From: Lytechinus pictus
Lineage: Eukaryota
DNA: 64,000 nucleotides
Assembly (NCBI RefSeq): GCF_037042905.1
Contig: NC_087245.1
Coordinates: forward strand, 40,550,001 to 40,614,000
Direction: 5' to 3'
This document shows positions 25,521 through 40,510 of this stretch, one piece after another (position 1 is the first letter of the stretch; each line of letters begins with the position of its first letter). The position numbers and the translations under genes were made by a program. The notes beneath the pieces are model-generated. The model saw only the letters and a program-made list of their open reading frames with translations. It had not been told where the DNA came from and did no database searches.

Positions 25521-28500
25521 TCCCATACTGCCTCTACCTATCTCTGTGACTCAGCTGGCTCTCAAAGCAGATGGCACCGCCAAACCCAGATCTTAACCCT
25601 CTCACAGCCAATCCTCTACGAGCTAAAGGCTGTACAGCTGTCTCCGCAGTCCTTCAAGGGTTAAGGTTTCCACGGCTCTGGGAGAGATGTATTTTCCCAC
25701 TAGGATTTCTCCACTTCAGCCGTATTTTCCAACAATCAACCCCCGATGAGACCGGGGGGGGATCATGGACGAATTGACTCTCGAACTGGAAAGGCTGAAT
25801 TAGGACTGGATTTACTGGTAAAACAGGCTGAAACTAGGGTATTACAAGAGATATGGAGCATTCTTCATGTCTCCCAGCACGAAAGACATTGGCTCAATGA
25901 CAACCATTGCATCTGTTCAACATCATCTGTCTGTACTTGTATGTTAGATTTTGAAAAATCCCTAACCATTGCCTTGTAGACGAACCTTTCAAGTAGACAA
26001 AGAAATTTCTTTTTTAGGTAAAGGTTTTCAAAGTTTAGCTTCTTCCTTTGAGACTGTTATGTTGAGGTTTTTCACAAATTTGGACCTAAAACTTTGAACA
26101 CCGAAATCACCATGACTACAAAGTCAAACAAATTGCCAATTTTCATATATCATATGTCACTAGATTTCACAACTAACAATCACATGTTATATCAACTAAT
26201 ACTTAGTACAATCATGAGATCATGCGATAATTCATCTTCGCTTAAAAAAAACCCCAGGAACTTGGAATTGACCATTTGATCTCCTACAATAAACTGCTAC
26301 CCTCCCCTTGATAATTTGAAATAGATTGATTCCATGGAATTAAATAAATACTATTCAGGGGATCAAATTGCTTTTTTTATATCAGCGTAATTTCATCATT
26401 TTGCCACCTTTTCCAGCCAGGATTACACATCCAAATCATCCCTCTAAATATGCTCGCTACAAATTATTATTAATTGCTTAGCATCCATGCATTTCATCAT
26501 CACTGACCTTGAAAAAAACAGAAGAGAAGAGAGATATTGCTTACTGACAGAGGAGCGTATATACATTTACGAACCGCACCATGAGGCGTGACATTATGAT
26601 GGGGGATAAACTTGCCGTTAAAAAGTGTATCGACCTCCAAAGCTAGATGGAGGGCTCTCTAACTGTGGAGGAGGCAGTCCGGCTATTCAATTTGACAAAT
26701 TAGAGCAATAGCTACGATGGATGACTTTAATCTTCATTTCTCATCGTGTTCAATGATGCCCAGCACCACGACAATGGCTTGCCCTTTACATTGCATATCA
26801 ATTAGCTATTCCATCGGTTTGTTCAGACAATAAACAAATGAAACGTAGTTCTGCAATATTTTTTTGTATTCAGACACGATCAACAACCTTCCCACTTTTG
26901 TTAAGGGACGTTACTTATACATGCCAACTCTATAAAAAAAAGATAACATATCTCTGTTTAGGTGTGCGAGGAAATTGTAATATAGCTTGGTGCAAATTTC
27001 TTATGATAATTATCTGTCTACAACCTTTTCCACTTTTATTGTACTATATATCCCGCTCACTTTGTACAAGAAATATATTTCAGAGGTTTCCTGTACAAGA
27101 TCATCATCTGTATCTGAACAACCTTTATTATACCCCCTTTAATTAATGATCCTAATAAAAATACACATGGAATTTAACAATGCCCCATGAAAATTGATTT
27201 GTGATGAAAATTGATTTGTGATGTTGTCAATTTTCTTTTGTATATATGTACCACTTTAAAATGGTTTGTTTGGTCAATTTGATGGAAAACAGGCTTTGTT
27301 GATAACAGCATGATTATACAAATTACATTGATAGATGTATTGAAAAACAGTGGTATGCAAATTCAGCAAACTAGAGGAGAGAATGAGATTAGGGATGAAG
27401 CGAGTGAGAGAGATGAAGGGAGGGACAAAGCGAAATGAAAGAGAAGATGGAGAGAGGAAGAGGAAGAGAGAGAAATTAAAGTGAGAAAAGGATGATACGG
27501 TGGCTGTAGACGAATTAAGTATTGAGTACAATATGAACACATAGAAACAGTACACATTTTACCCTTTTTTCTCGAGAAGCATGCAAACCGAGACAATTTG
27601 GGGGTCGAATTGGTTTATTTCTATGAATAAATTCAATGGCCTGTCACAATCATATGCCGGAGATCGCTAGAAATATGAAAACTCAATGGGAGACTCAAGA
27701 CAAACATCATTGACTGATGGAATCTATGTAGGTCCTTGAATAAACATGGTCCAGTTGGAGTTCAAAATACCATCAAATTGTTATTCTTACTGTTCTTCCA
27801 TTTATAACATTCCTATGATTTTATTTTTTGTTACTGATCAAAACCAAAGCAAAAGTTCACAAGAGTCTATACTTAGGTTACAATACAACTATAAATCATC
27901 ATTTTCAAAGGTACACTTTGCTTGGCAGAAAAGCATGAATAGTTGTTATACAGTTAGACTAAATATTGTTTTTTTCTTTCTTTACTTGTATAATAAAAGC
28001 AATTCATCCATCTTTTTCAGTTACTAGATCTGAGAAAATATCCCATTTGATCAAACATACCAACATACCGATTGAAACAACAGTTAAACATTTTTGTCTT
28101 TTAAAGATTACTTGATACTAATGACTAGAAAAGTTTTCTTTTATCAACTTTTCTTTTCTCATCAACTTTTAAAACAATTATGGAAGGTTAAATAAGTGAC
28201 AAATTTTCCTTCCCCATATTGAGCAAGACGATAATCATAAAAATTGTTTTTGTAGGGGAAAGGTCGAATCCGAATAATGTTTACAACCCAACTTCCAAAC
28301 AAGCCAATCTTTTCAGCATGGCCCTTGCCCCCAGAGAGAGGGCCTTTTCGCTCCTCATTTTACGCTGGCTTTAACAAGCCAGGACCTCTGCCCTCACATG
28401 GACAACAGAGAGACCAATTCCGGACAAAGGAGGGATAGTTTGGAACGTTTTGGTTGCCAAAAATTGAAAACAGGATTGGACGAATGCTACCTTTTTTTCC

Positions 28501-28849
28501 CAAAAGGAACTGGAATCAGATCGGATCTGATTTTTCATTATTGTCCGACCAAGTGCGCTATCGGACCCTCTTGGGGGAAAGTTCAACGGAATGAAAGAAT
28601 TTGGGGGCTGCCGCTTTGCAGGTATTCTAACGAGCTTCATAAGGATATGGTCCATCTACTGTTGATGACAGATGCTCTTGGACAAAATATCTACAGACTT
28701 TTTACTTGTAAACATGGAAGGATTTTTACGATGAATTTTCTCTGGCACTGCATTTGGTGCTTTCTCTGTGTAGAGGGTAGGCTACTATGATATTGCAAGA
28801 AAATATTGAAGCTCTCAGTTGCTTGACTGTCTTCCTCTCTTTCTCAAAA

Positions 28850-29030
28850 AACAAACAATAATATTCCGCTTTTTTATATAGCGCTTGATACATTGGAACA
28901 ACGTCTATGAGTGCTTTACAGATATATTACTAGATATATTACTGGTCAGTGGATCCTGGCATGTCCGCATACAATGTATGCACCTTCTCCACTCCCTGGG
29001 GGAGCATTCCAACAAGAGTTCCAAGACCCA
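28850..29030 (-). mobile_element. 5'-truncated SINE (3' half, L2-type tail)
   Basis: Minus strand: ..GGAATGCTCCCCCAGGGAGTGGAGAAGGTGCATAC..GTAAAGCACTC..AGCGCTATATAAAAAAGCGGAATATTATT, the AAAGCGC..GCGCTATATAAA..ATTATT tail of L2-mobilised SINEs. Confidence 0.65.
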
Positions 29031-31049
29031 TCTTTGCCCCCATCCAGACCTCCCCATGTTTCTCGCTCTTTCTATCCCTTATTCTTCTTTCATCATCTCT
29101 CCTCTGCCTCCACTCTGTCTCTATCATGCCCATCTTTGTGTTCTTACCGTGGTTAATATTTCTATCAACCTAATGCCTACTGCCTCGACTTCACCTCCAC
29201 ACTTGATATGTATCCTAATTGTTTTTGGTGTGTTTTTTTTATTGGGCTTTCAACCCAATTACTATCAAGCTTTACAGCCTCTCTAAAACATGGACCACCC
29301 CCCCTCTCCGGGAGCCTACACTATCTCCTAGATAAAAACTATCCAAGTAAGTCTGCTATAAAGTGAACCTTCATACATTTATTGCCAGGACAGAAGCAAT
29401 ATTTACAATAACAAAGCCACGTCTCCAAGTGACTTCGAAGTAAAATTGAAAATTTTATTGCTCATAATGCCCAGATAAAGGACCCACAAATAGGCATCTT
29501 CAAGCTAATCGTCGATATTAAGCTGGTTGTGTAAATATGTTTTGAAGAATTTCAATAATTTCCTTCGATCTGTCATAAGCATAAAAAATCACAAGCAATC
29601 ATGGTGATATGAAGTCAATGAACAGAGAGAAAAGGATAAACTTGCTGACATAAGGACTAAAACACAACATCTTCCTAGATTATATTTCAATTTTTTTAAA
29701 GTGAGTGTATTCTCTTTAAAAGGCAAACCAATTTCAATGTGAATATTTCATGATCAAACCATTTTTGAAAGGATTTTAATATTTGTAGGGGAAATTCCCA
29801 CAATTGGAAATATAAACTAGAAAGGAGGGGAAGGGGTAATATTTCAATGGGTCAGTTACAGTATTGATTGAAAAATAGGTTTGATAAGATAGAATAAAGG
29901 GGGAAAAGAATTAATTCAAAGAATGGAATATGATATACCTATTCTTTTCACCATATCGAAACAGGATCTTTGACTTTTCCCCCTTACACCACACAATAAT
30001 TATAATTGATCAGAAACTATTGAGGGAGCCAGGTAACATGATTCTAAGGCAACGATTCGATGTTGCCTATTGGGAAAACATGACAGATAGCTGCCACTTG
30101 AAAAGACTATTTTTTACTTAATACATCCTTTCTTCATTTTCAAGGGGTTTTAATTCATGCATTCACAAAGACATAACGCTGGCAATGATCCATAATAAAT
30201 AACAGTTGACTATCAATAGTACAAAGGTGAAAGATCATTTCATTTTCATTATATACAGAAAATCCCATAAACAACATTTCATTTTCACTACTGAAAAGAG
30301 CCCTAAATTGAAAAATCACCCTAATATGGCAGAAAAGAATCATATTTAATGGAAATGTTGAAATGAAAATTGGATAGAAATGTGTAGATCCTTGACAACA
30401 ACAATAGCAAAATAAAGAAAATGTTCTGTTTACACACACACACACACACATGAGTCAGTCTTTAACATATTTATGCTTTTTCTTCATTTTCGGTTTATAT
30501 TTTGACAGTATTTCACTTCCTACAAGGGGTTTCCCCCCAAAAAAACAAATCAAAATACAGCAGATCAACAATCTTTGTCATTTATTATAAGGCAACATTT
30601 TTATTTCAAAAAATAGAAAAATAAGAATGATTAAAAGACATCATCTGTCGCAGAGATGTCAAACAATTTTACACAGAACATTCTGAAGATTCAAAAGAAT
30701 TATTATACCTAATATATTTAAAGATTGAGTGGTCATGGAACATGACCCTGCATTCCTGGGACCCTTTGAGCTAACCACATGACCCAAGTCACTCTATACC
30801 CTGGGGTTGCGAATTGATATTTCACCTCCATGAGGAGGAGATCCACTGCAATGGTAAACAAGTTGCAAACAACGTTACAATTAAGTGACAATACACTTGC
30901 ACACAACGTTGCAAACAACGTTTCAAATGTTTGTTTGCTCTTGCCGCTGAACTCACCCCAAGTCTGGCTGTCTAGATCCCAGAAGCAGGTGGTCTGGAGC
31001 CCAGGCGAGGATTCGAAACGAAAATCGCTCACCTGTGACAGCTTTCAAC

Positions 31050-31062
31050 TGACCTTTGACCT
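31050..31062 (-). promoter_or_regulatory. Perfect DR1 nuclear-receptor element
   Basis: TGACCTTTGACCT = AGGTCA-A-AGGTCA. Confidence 0.45.
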
Positions 31063-31992
31063 TAGCCAGCAAAGAGGTAACCCCTTAGTCTTGAAATCAG
31101 CCTTGCTACTTGTTGGTTAGATTCCTAATTCATTTTCTTTAGCAAAATCTTGCTATTTGTCACCGAAAAGGAAACAAAAATCACTTAAAATTGCTAATTA
31201 AGGAATAGGGGATTTACCTGAATTGTTCGAGGATTGTTGTTTCCAGTTTTAGTTCTTTATAGAAGAGCAATTACTTTTGTTAGAGCCCCTAGATCCATCC
31301 CCCTTCCCAAGCAAAAACAATACCACTAAGATAACCTTTCAACTTTATTTTACAATTTCATTCATGTTTCTCATATTTTGACTATATTACTGTTTTTCAT
31401 ACTATCTTCAGATCTTCCATCCTTTTCATAAATCACTTCTATGCAGACGCAATTGTGTGAAAAACTTGCAGAATGAAAAAAAAAATTCTGAAACAGACAC
31501 TCGTCAAGTTCGCCCATGTATTCTAGATATTTAGAATAATCTATGGAAGGTACGACATCCATTCCTTTCAGTAACTGTCAAAAGTATGAAAGTCCACTAT
31601 CATTGTCCACACTGAACTGATAAGATATTTGATAAAGTATACCAAGGTGAAATATTAAACTTGAATGAAACTCTGAAAAAAATATGAATGCTGGTTGGGA
31701 TATAATAATGATTATCCCCAGAGTATACCTTTTCTATTCATCCTGTCCTAAATTGAAGGTTGTATCCCTTTAGACTGAGCGAAATAAAAGCGATAATGCA
31801 ATTTTCACCTGACATATGTGGGAAAAATTTGAATGACGAATTGTCAGTACTCAGTTATGAGGTGGACAGGATAGGGGTTAATTTTTATATATATTTTTTT
31901 CAAATGGAAATGATACAAATACGCTCTTTTGACATTCTTATGTAAAGCATGATTGTCACTAAAATCTTAAAATACTTTCCCCTCACGTTTAA

Positions 31993-32576
31993 AGGGGAAT
32001 GAAACTCTTGGAGCAAGTTAGCTTTTGTGAAAGTAGAAAAATCAAAGAATAAGATCAACAAAAGTTTGAGTAAAATAGGACTAGCAATAGAAGAGTTATG
32101 AGCATTTGAATGTCGAGATCACTAATGCTATGGAGATCCTCCCATTAGCAATGCGACCAAGATCTATGATGTCACAGATGAACAACTCTCCCCTTTTGGA
32201 CACTGAAAATATACCCCAAAACATCTCTTTTTGCTCATTCTAATCATATGACAAACGATTCGTCAATGATATAATGTTGTGAAACCTCTGTACTTGTCCT
32301 CTCATAAAGAGAACACCTCACCTTGTGATAGACTCTGTAAAAGTGAGAATATAAGTGAAATAAGTACTAAAGTAATGAGGAAGTTGTACGTGTGTGACAT
32401 CACAGATCTTGGTCGCATTGCCAATGGGAGGATCTACATGGCATTAGTGATCTCAATATTCAAATGCTCATAACTTTCTTATTATTCATTCAATCTTCCT
32501 CAAACTTTCAACAATATGTTTCTTTGATTTTTCTCTTTGATATGGATTCAGCTGGTTTCAAGGGTTTCATTCTCCT
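31993..32576. mobile_element. Kolobok-type MITE, 584 bp, long TIRs, TTAA TSD
   Basis: TTAA (31989-31992) AGGGGAATGAAAC ... GTTTCATTCTCCT TTAA (32577-32580). ~185-bp inverted arms, e.g. GCAATGCGACCAAGATCT / AGATCTTGGTCGCATTGC. Confidence 0.92.
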
Positions 32577-35334
32577 TTAAGTTGGCAAGTGCTGTAAAGT
32601 AATACAAGTTTATCTTCCAGTAATACCTAGATCAATAATATGTCTTTCCTATAACACTTCTCAGACTAAAGACATGCCTGAGTCTGTATAAGTAGAAAAT
32701 AATGTCAAGCTCCCGTGGAATTGAAATGAAAAGTAGGATATATATTGTCTTGAAACTTGCAAATTTGCATTTTCATATTATCATCAACAATGTATGCTAG
32801 TGTTTCAATAAACAATTTGAAAAATGGAAACTCATGCAAACGTGTATATTTCCCAGCATAGATATGAGCTTGAGAACATAAAGGTGATTTCCATGATAAA
32901 TAGATATTTATTTTTAAAAAGTAGCAAACAATGGGATTTTGTGGTTATTGATTTTTGACCGCATGCAGAAACAAACTCTTTTGAGGGTATGAGATCCATA
33001 GAGATACATTTGTTGATGTAGCCATTATGATAATTTCCATGGAGTTTATTTTTTTCTCACAGTTGACGATTCCTTCAGTATTTGTACCAATGAACCCAAT
33101 TAATTAAAGTGTATATAAATCTTGTTGACTGCAAAAAAGACGCTGATAAAAAATATGAGGTGAAAGGAAGTTTACAATCGCATAACGACTCTCAATTGAT
33201 AATTTAGAAATAAATCATAACTATCAGAGCTACATCTAGGCTATATTTCTAAATGAGACGCGAGAAGTCAAGATAAGAAGCTTGGCTTTTTTAGCTGGCC
33301 AGGCTCCCTTTGGGAATGACAAACCAAGCTTGCTAGGGCTGGCGGTGGGGGAAACCCTCTTTTGGTCCCAGGAGCAAGTGGCTCTGCCCCCTGGTTATAT
33401 TTGGTCCGGGTTGACCCCCCCCCCATTCTACACAATTCTTATTGTAAGAACTTTCTTCTATTTATTTTATAGATGGTTTATATTTTGGTAAATACATACC
33501 AATTTTCTTTATTAATGATGGCAACATCAGCCCCCCCCCCCCAAAAAAAAAGAAGAAATGAATAAAAGGTATCTGATATATCATGCAAGAGTTCCTTAAA
33601 TCTGCCTTTAAGTCATGACAACCCAATTAGATTTTTTAGTTTGATTGATAAACAAAATCTTGAAAAGCTGTTTAATAACAGCAAAACTACCCACAAAAAA
33701 CACAACTTCTCTTCCCACAGATCTTCGTATTCATTTCAATGAAATACTCATTCTACATAAACAACAACAAAGCACCAAAACAGACTCGCACCTGCTTTAA
33801 GTGAAAATGAGAAATTCCCAATCTTTCTTTGCCCCGTAATTAGACTTGAAATCGATTCTTTTCCTTCCCAAATGACCACCATACAAGCCCATTAATACAG
33901 ATAGAAAGCGACTCCCCCGTTTTCCGCTAAGAGGCAGACTCCATTCAATTTGGACCGCTTCGGCTGGACCAACATCTAATGAAGTAGCCCAAAACACAAT
34001 AAAGGCCGGTATTTCCTTGTTTTCCTCATTTGATAGGTTACAAATCCTGGATAAAAAGTAGCAGGAAAGTATTAAAAGCTGAAGAAAGAAAAAAGGAACT
34101 GTAATTTAACAAGATGTATGCCGAAAAGCCTCTCAAAGCTTCATCTCCTTTCAGAGAACTGAAAGGGAGGGGAATGGCGAGGGGGGAGGGATAAAGAATT
34201 TGTTTTCATTTTTCACCTTCTCTATTAAAAGTATGTTTGCTCCACCTCAGGATATTAACTCTTTTGAAAATGCTGTCCAATCTTTGCTCATGAATGGAGC
34301 AGAATCTTAATACCCATGTAAGATTTATTCACACAGTGACATAGAGGTTTCCCTTGTAAGATGTATGTTGAGATGAGAGTTATAATCAATCAAAAGATTG
34401 AGGTTATTTAAAAAAAAGGTAATTCAATAATAAATCTTTTTCAATGAGTTGAAATATATACCAGCTTTTATACAAAGAAATTGAGGCAAGATGACTGTAA
34501 TATCATACATGTATGTTTAAAGTGAAAAGAAATCTTAATGATCCCCCTCTTCCATCCAATGAAAAAAATAGCCCACATGTACATATGAAGAAATTAAGGA
34601 TTAGTAAATATTAAAACAAATAAATAAACACCTTTAACATAATATGTAAACAAATGTTAATCCATAACATGGGCCAATAACGGCATTTGAAATCATATGA
34701 AATTAGGTAACTAGGGCAATTGTCTCAACGTAATTTCCAAATTTATTTCAAGTATTGAACGTTTGAATATTGAAGATGCATACACTACATGCATATACAG
34801 TGAATCTAAAACCATGTTTAACTTCTATTTCTATATCAAAATAACAATATGAACTTAAACCTGGGAAAATTTGATATACAGAAATGACAGGTCCCCATAT
34901 TCAGTGTTGTGACTGTGCATGTATTATCAAATGAAATGAGCTTGAATACCGTTTCACATCTAAGCGATTGTGAGATGTGAAGGGGACTTTGAGATCCAAA
35001 TATGAGAAGAAAGTATCGCCAGGAGGAACCAAACACAGGAGGGGTGCATCCCTTATTGTTTGAGGGGCGAAAATAGAGCAGGATTAGTCCCTTTTGAAGT
35101 CCTCCTTTTTAGCAGTTACACCCCTCCCCAAATGACGTGGGCCTGCAATTATTAAGAGTAAACACTTCAGGCCATGTGGTACTGGTATAGCAAACAAAAA
35201 TGTTAAATGGTGTATTTTAGTGTTCTTTTTATGATGTAAGAGGAATTGTAACAACAAAAGTGGTAAACAGACATGGAGTATTGATGTTTTAAATAGATAT
35301 GAAGTAAAAGAAGAGAGATTTGCAAAAATGCAAT

Positions 35335-36092
<758 letters not shown>

Positions 36093-36619
36093 GAAATGAC
36101 AGCAAGCACCGTACTAGACATACATGTAAACAACAACAAGTGTAGGAAAATTATAGTTACGTTAAAGTTCTATCAAATCATATCAAACATTTGAGGAATA
36201 TAATATTCAAAAATAGATATATTCCACAAATGTTATTCTTTTCTTGAAGGTTCAGTCACGAAGCTGCACCTTCTTGGCCCAAGTCCAGGAACAGAATACT
36301 AGGTAATTTGGGGCCAGTCTTCTTGTTGCAATGCACTCCAGCAGCCCCTGAAGTAAACAAGGCCATCAATGGACCAGTCACTATAACAAACAAAGGGACT
36401 GGGAGGAGACTACTCCATCAAATTCAAAGACAAATTGTAAAGGAAGAATGGAACAATACATGTGATTAGGGTCATATCAAGGAGAAGTAAACATAGCCAG
36501 GGAAAAGGGCCCGCTTCACATCTGAAAGAAAACTTGACGCAAATGCACAGTCTGAATGCTAATGAAGCATTCTAGCACAAGTTGAAAAAAAAAATTCTAG
36601 CATCATTACATCGATGTTC

Positions 36620-36688
36620 ACGTCCTACCAAATACTCATAGAACACCTGGGTGGAGAGTGGCAAAGTGTGGATTAATGCCTTCCAGAG
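36620..36688 (-). mobile_element. Short SINE core fragment
   Basis: CACCTGGGTGGAGAGTGGCAAAGTGTGGATTAATGCCTT matches CACCTGGGTTAAGTGCAGCACAATGTGGATAGATTTCTT in the SINE at ~63100. Confidence 0.5.
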
Positions 36689-39058
36689 AACCATATCCAA
36701 ATTCTAAAAAAAATCTATACCAATATGAATAAGCCTTGAGATATGGTCTTTGTCTAAGAAAAGTGATTTTTTTTTAGGCTGGAGAAATGCAAAGCCAGAG
36801 GATGGGGGGGGGGGGGAGTATATCATTTTATTTACCCCGTCTCTTTCTCCAAATAAAGACCAATATGTAAACTGATCATGTAAGTGATAAGTGCATGTCT
36901 AACTGCTGTTCTGAAATATGTGATATGATGATTAATAATCATCTACTACTAATCAAGATTAATATCTAAATGTGAAGTGGGCAATTCAATGTTGACTTTA
37001 ATAGTATTCTTGAGTAAAACAAAACCATGCTTAACCTACCAAAATGTTAATATCCCGATATGAATTGGACCATTAGTGAGATAAGCCATAGATACCTAGT
37101 GTTGGCGTATACAGGGAACAGTCTTTATTGAAAAACCATATCTCATCTAAAGATCCCAATGTGAACTGCTCCAACTCAAGATCAAAATGTGAATGGGACC
37201 GTACAAGTGAGACCCACCATGTCCAGCATTGTCCGGTGAGTGGTCAGTTAATCAGGAGACAACGGGTATAGAGCAAAGAAATGCTCTTGTCTGCTTCATT
37301 TTAATCCTTTATTGTCAATTTGTTGGGTAAATAGTTCACTGCAGATGAAGGGACGTGACAGGTAGCTGACTATCTATGTACCGTCCTGTAGCTTGTCAGG
37401 ACTTGATGTTGCAAGTTCCTCATTATTAACCCACAGAGCACTGAAATCTGTAGTTCCCATTCGTTCTGTACAGGAACTAAATGGTTCCAGTATGCAACAG
37501 GTTAAGAAGTACATGTGCAATCTTATCTTAGCACTAGCCTGATATCTAATGAAGATAGCAGTGGGCTCTTTTCCAACTCTTTTTGATGAGAAGCTTGGTA
37601 CCACTTGTTGAAAAGAAAGAAAGATTTTTTGAAGTGCACTGATTTCAAATAATTTATGTGCCCTCTAGTTGATTTATTTATATTTTTGTTGATGATTATG
37701 TTCCTATATTTTCAACAAATACTGAATTATAAAAAAAATATGTTGGTGCCTAATTTTTCTATCATTTTTCATCTTCTCCAATACTTTAAAAAGTTTATTT
37801 TGTCTTTTTTAATGCATTATTTTTATTTTCAATTTGTGTGTTCTGACTATTGGTACCCACCCAATACATAAAAAACATGCCTAAACTGAATAAGACCTAG
37901 CCCTATGTGACATTATATCATATCAATAAAATTTAAAAGCCATAACTATAAAGAACTCTAATTTACTGTAAAATGTATCAACCAGCACTCTGTTGATATA
38001 TGAAAAGTCAGTAAACATAGTAAACTCAACAAAAAGGGGTAAAATGAGAAAAACACTGTTTTCCCCTGATTTCTATGCACGAATCCTCACCAGAAAGGAA
38101 TGAGTCACCGTATGTTAAACATCCATTGAAAGCTTTTAAAAAAAAGTCAATTTGAGCATGGCATGTTTCTAAATGACACCCAGTTTCTCCAAGGTTCCTT
38201 GCAAACAAAACCAACACATGATGGAACGAAAACATTTTTCTTACTTTTGTCCATCCAAAAACCCAACCATTCAAGCCTCACAGCCCGCTACCTTCCCTGC
38301 TACTCGGAGATTCACAAGTCCAATATACAAACTGGATATAGATCTTACTCTACCCTTTACAGTCCATCCCCAGTTTGTTCTAGCAAGTGCCAACCAAAGG
38401 GTTTGTGTCCACAACGTATTATCACTCTTTCACTACACCCCCGGCTCGCTATGTCTCTAAATTTGTCGTTAAAAGATGGCAGTGTCCGTTCTTGTTTGTT
38501 CACAGCTAACTGACAAGTTTTTTTTCTTCTTCGTTCCTTGGTCCAGCCCATGTTTTGTCAAGCATTGTCAGCCCCTTTAAATCTTAAGCCTGATGTTTTA
38601 AGAAGGGGGGAGAGTAAAGATTTGGTGTTGGTGATAATGGGAACAACAGAGGAGACGGATGGAGGGGGAGGGCACCAACCTGCTAATGAATTCAATCTAA
38701 TTATGCTTGCATTGTACTCTAGGTACATATTTGGCTAGTAGGCTTAATGGTCAATGGAAAGGTGTCTTGAGGAAAAAGATGCATGAAAATCACTGTAATA
38801 ATAAAACAGTGGATCTACTTTATGCATTTACAAGCACATCATCTCTAGACTACTCTACACAGAGGCCAACGTTTTTGTCCAGACTTCCACTGGATTGGAA
38901 GAAAATGCTATGTCAGGAAAGAAGGAGTTAAAGAAAGATGGCTCACCTGGCATGCTTAACTGGAAGACGAGTAAATCTCATACCATATTGCAAAATGAAT
39001 GTGCTTGAGATTTACTTATTCTTCAGTTTTATTACATACATGTAAACTAATTACTTAA

Positions 39059-40510
39059 AGTTGAATTAAGAAGGGGGTGAGTTTCCATAAATATAGGTTC
39101 TACATACAATATATAGTATATATAAGTTGTTCAAACACATAGCATGTCACAATAATCCTCTGCCTTCTCGATATTTTGCTTTGAAAGTCTATGAAATTAG
39201 CCACCTGTCAGAGCCCGAGAGACGAGGGTACAGAAAAGTCACTCGGAGTGTGACGTCACCGGGGGGAATTTAGTATAAGAGGTGCCTGAATGTCATACAG
39301 AAATGCTATGCAGAGAGAGAAAGATATTTTACAATTTTTTTTCAAAGCAACTCAAATCAAACAAATAGGACTGATATGTACAAATCTTTACTTTCCCTGT
39401 ATAAAAAACAGTATGAATAACCATCATGAACTCTTCAATCATGATGTAAGATAGCAAACAGTGAGTTATTGAATGATATTTTCACTATTTCTCATTTATT
39501 TTATCACGATGTTCAATCAAGTGAGTAGCTGGAAAGTAATTCCGGCGGCTAGCTCAGCGCGCGCTGAACGCATAATACTAGTACACACAACATACACCCA
39601 GGCATTGAGTGTACTGTTATGGTCTGGTATGTCGACTTAGTTCATGGCCGTGCAGCGATCCCCTGGCGTTTTTTCTTCTTTTCTTTTGTCTTTGACTCCA
39701 CTTTTATATCCTCTGGATCATTTCCACTCATAGCTCATTCCACAGAACAATCTTGAACCAAACGTATAGTATTCTTTCTCGGCCTTCTGAGTTGTTTTCT
39801 ATATTTAATTACGCTAGGGGTCACCGTCACACATACAAACGCAATTCGGAAGTGAGTTGAAGACAGAAATATATATAGTAATTAGTATACATCTCTATGG
39901 TTAAGTTGAAGACAACAAGAACGGTACGGTAGCTCGACAGCTAGCTGCGCCGGAGCGGGCGGCCGGTCGGCACAAAGCAATTCCGCAACCAACTGTGTTT
40001 TTTTGCAAGAGCCGCGTCACACGCGGATAAATATGTCATAATAACACGTCTGCTACGTTATCGACTGGTGAGAAGATCTCGATCAAATTTCATATTATTC
40101 ACCTTGAAATTATTCCTTTAGGGTCTATGGTATCATTCTGAGGGAATTCACATATTTGGAATAATAGTACGGCCACAAATATTTTAATCATTTCCTCTTT
40201 GCAAGTTCTATGGCTCGCAGATACAACTTCAACTGCAGTTATTCCATATGAAGGAGTACGTGCATAGTACACAAAACGGCACTGCCTTCCGGGACCGAAT
40301 ACCCCCCGGTGACGTCACACTCAAAGAACACCCGTCTCGGTAGGCATTGCAGGAGCGAACTCAGGGAAAATGGGTAGGGATAAATCGTTCAAATTCACTA
40401 TTTTGAAAAAAGAAAATGGGGGGTCGAATCACCTATTAGTGTTTGGGGGGTTGTAAGGTTGCTATTAATGTAAATATCTCAATATTTGGAATCGTCTTCT
40501 TAATTCAACT
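39059..40510. mobile_element. Kolobok-type non-autonomous transposon, 1452 bp
   Basis: Perfect 15-bp TIR AGTTGAATTAAGAAG / CTTCTTAATTCAACT. TTAA TSD at 39055-39058 and 40511-40514. Internal inverted GAGTGTGACGTCACCGGGGGG (~39247) / CCCCCCGGTGACGTCACACTC (~40302). Confidence 0.92.

Noticed and set aside
27187..27223. 17-bp tandem duplication ATGAAAATTGATTTGTG
   Set aside because: Ordinary slippage duplication.
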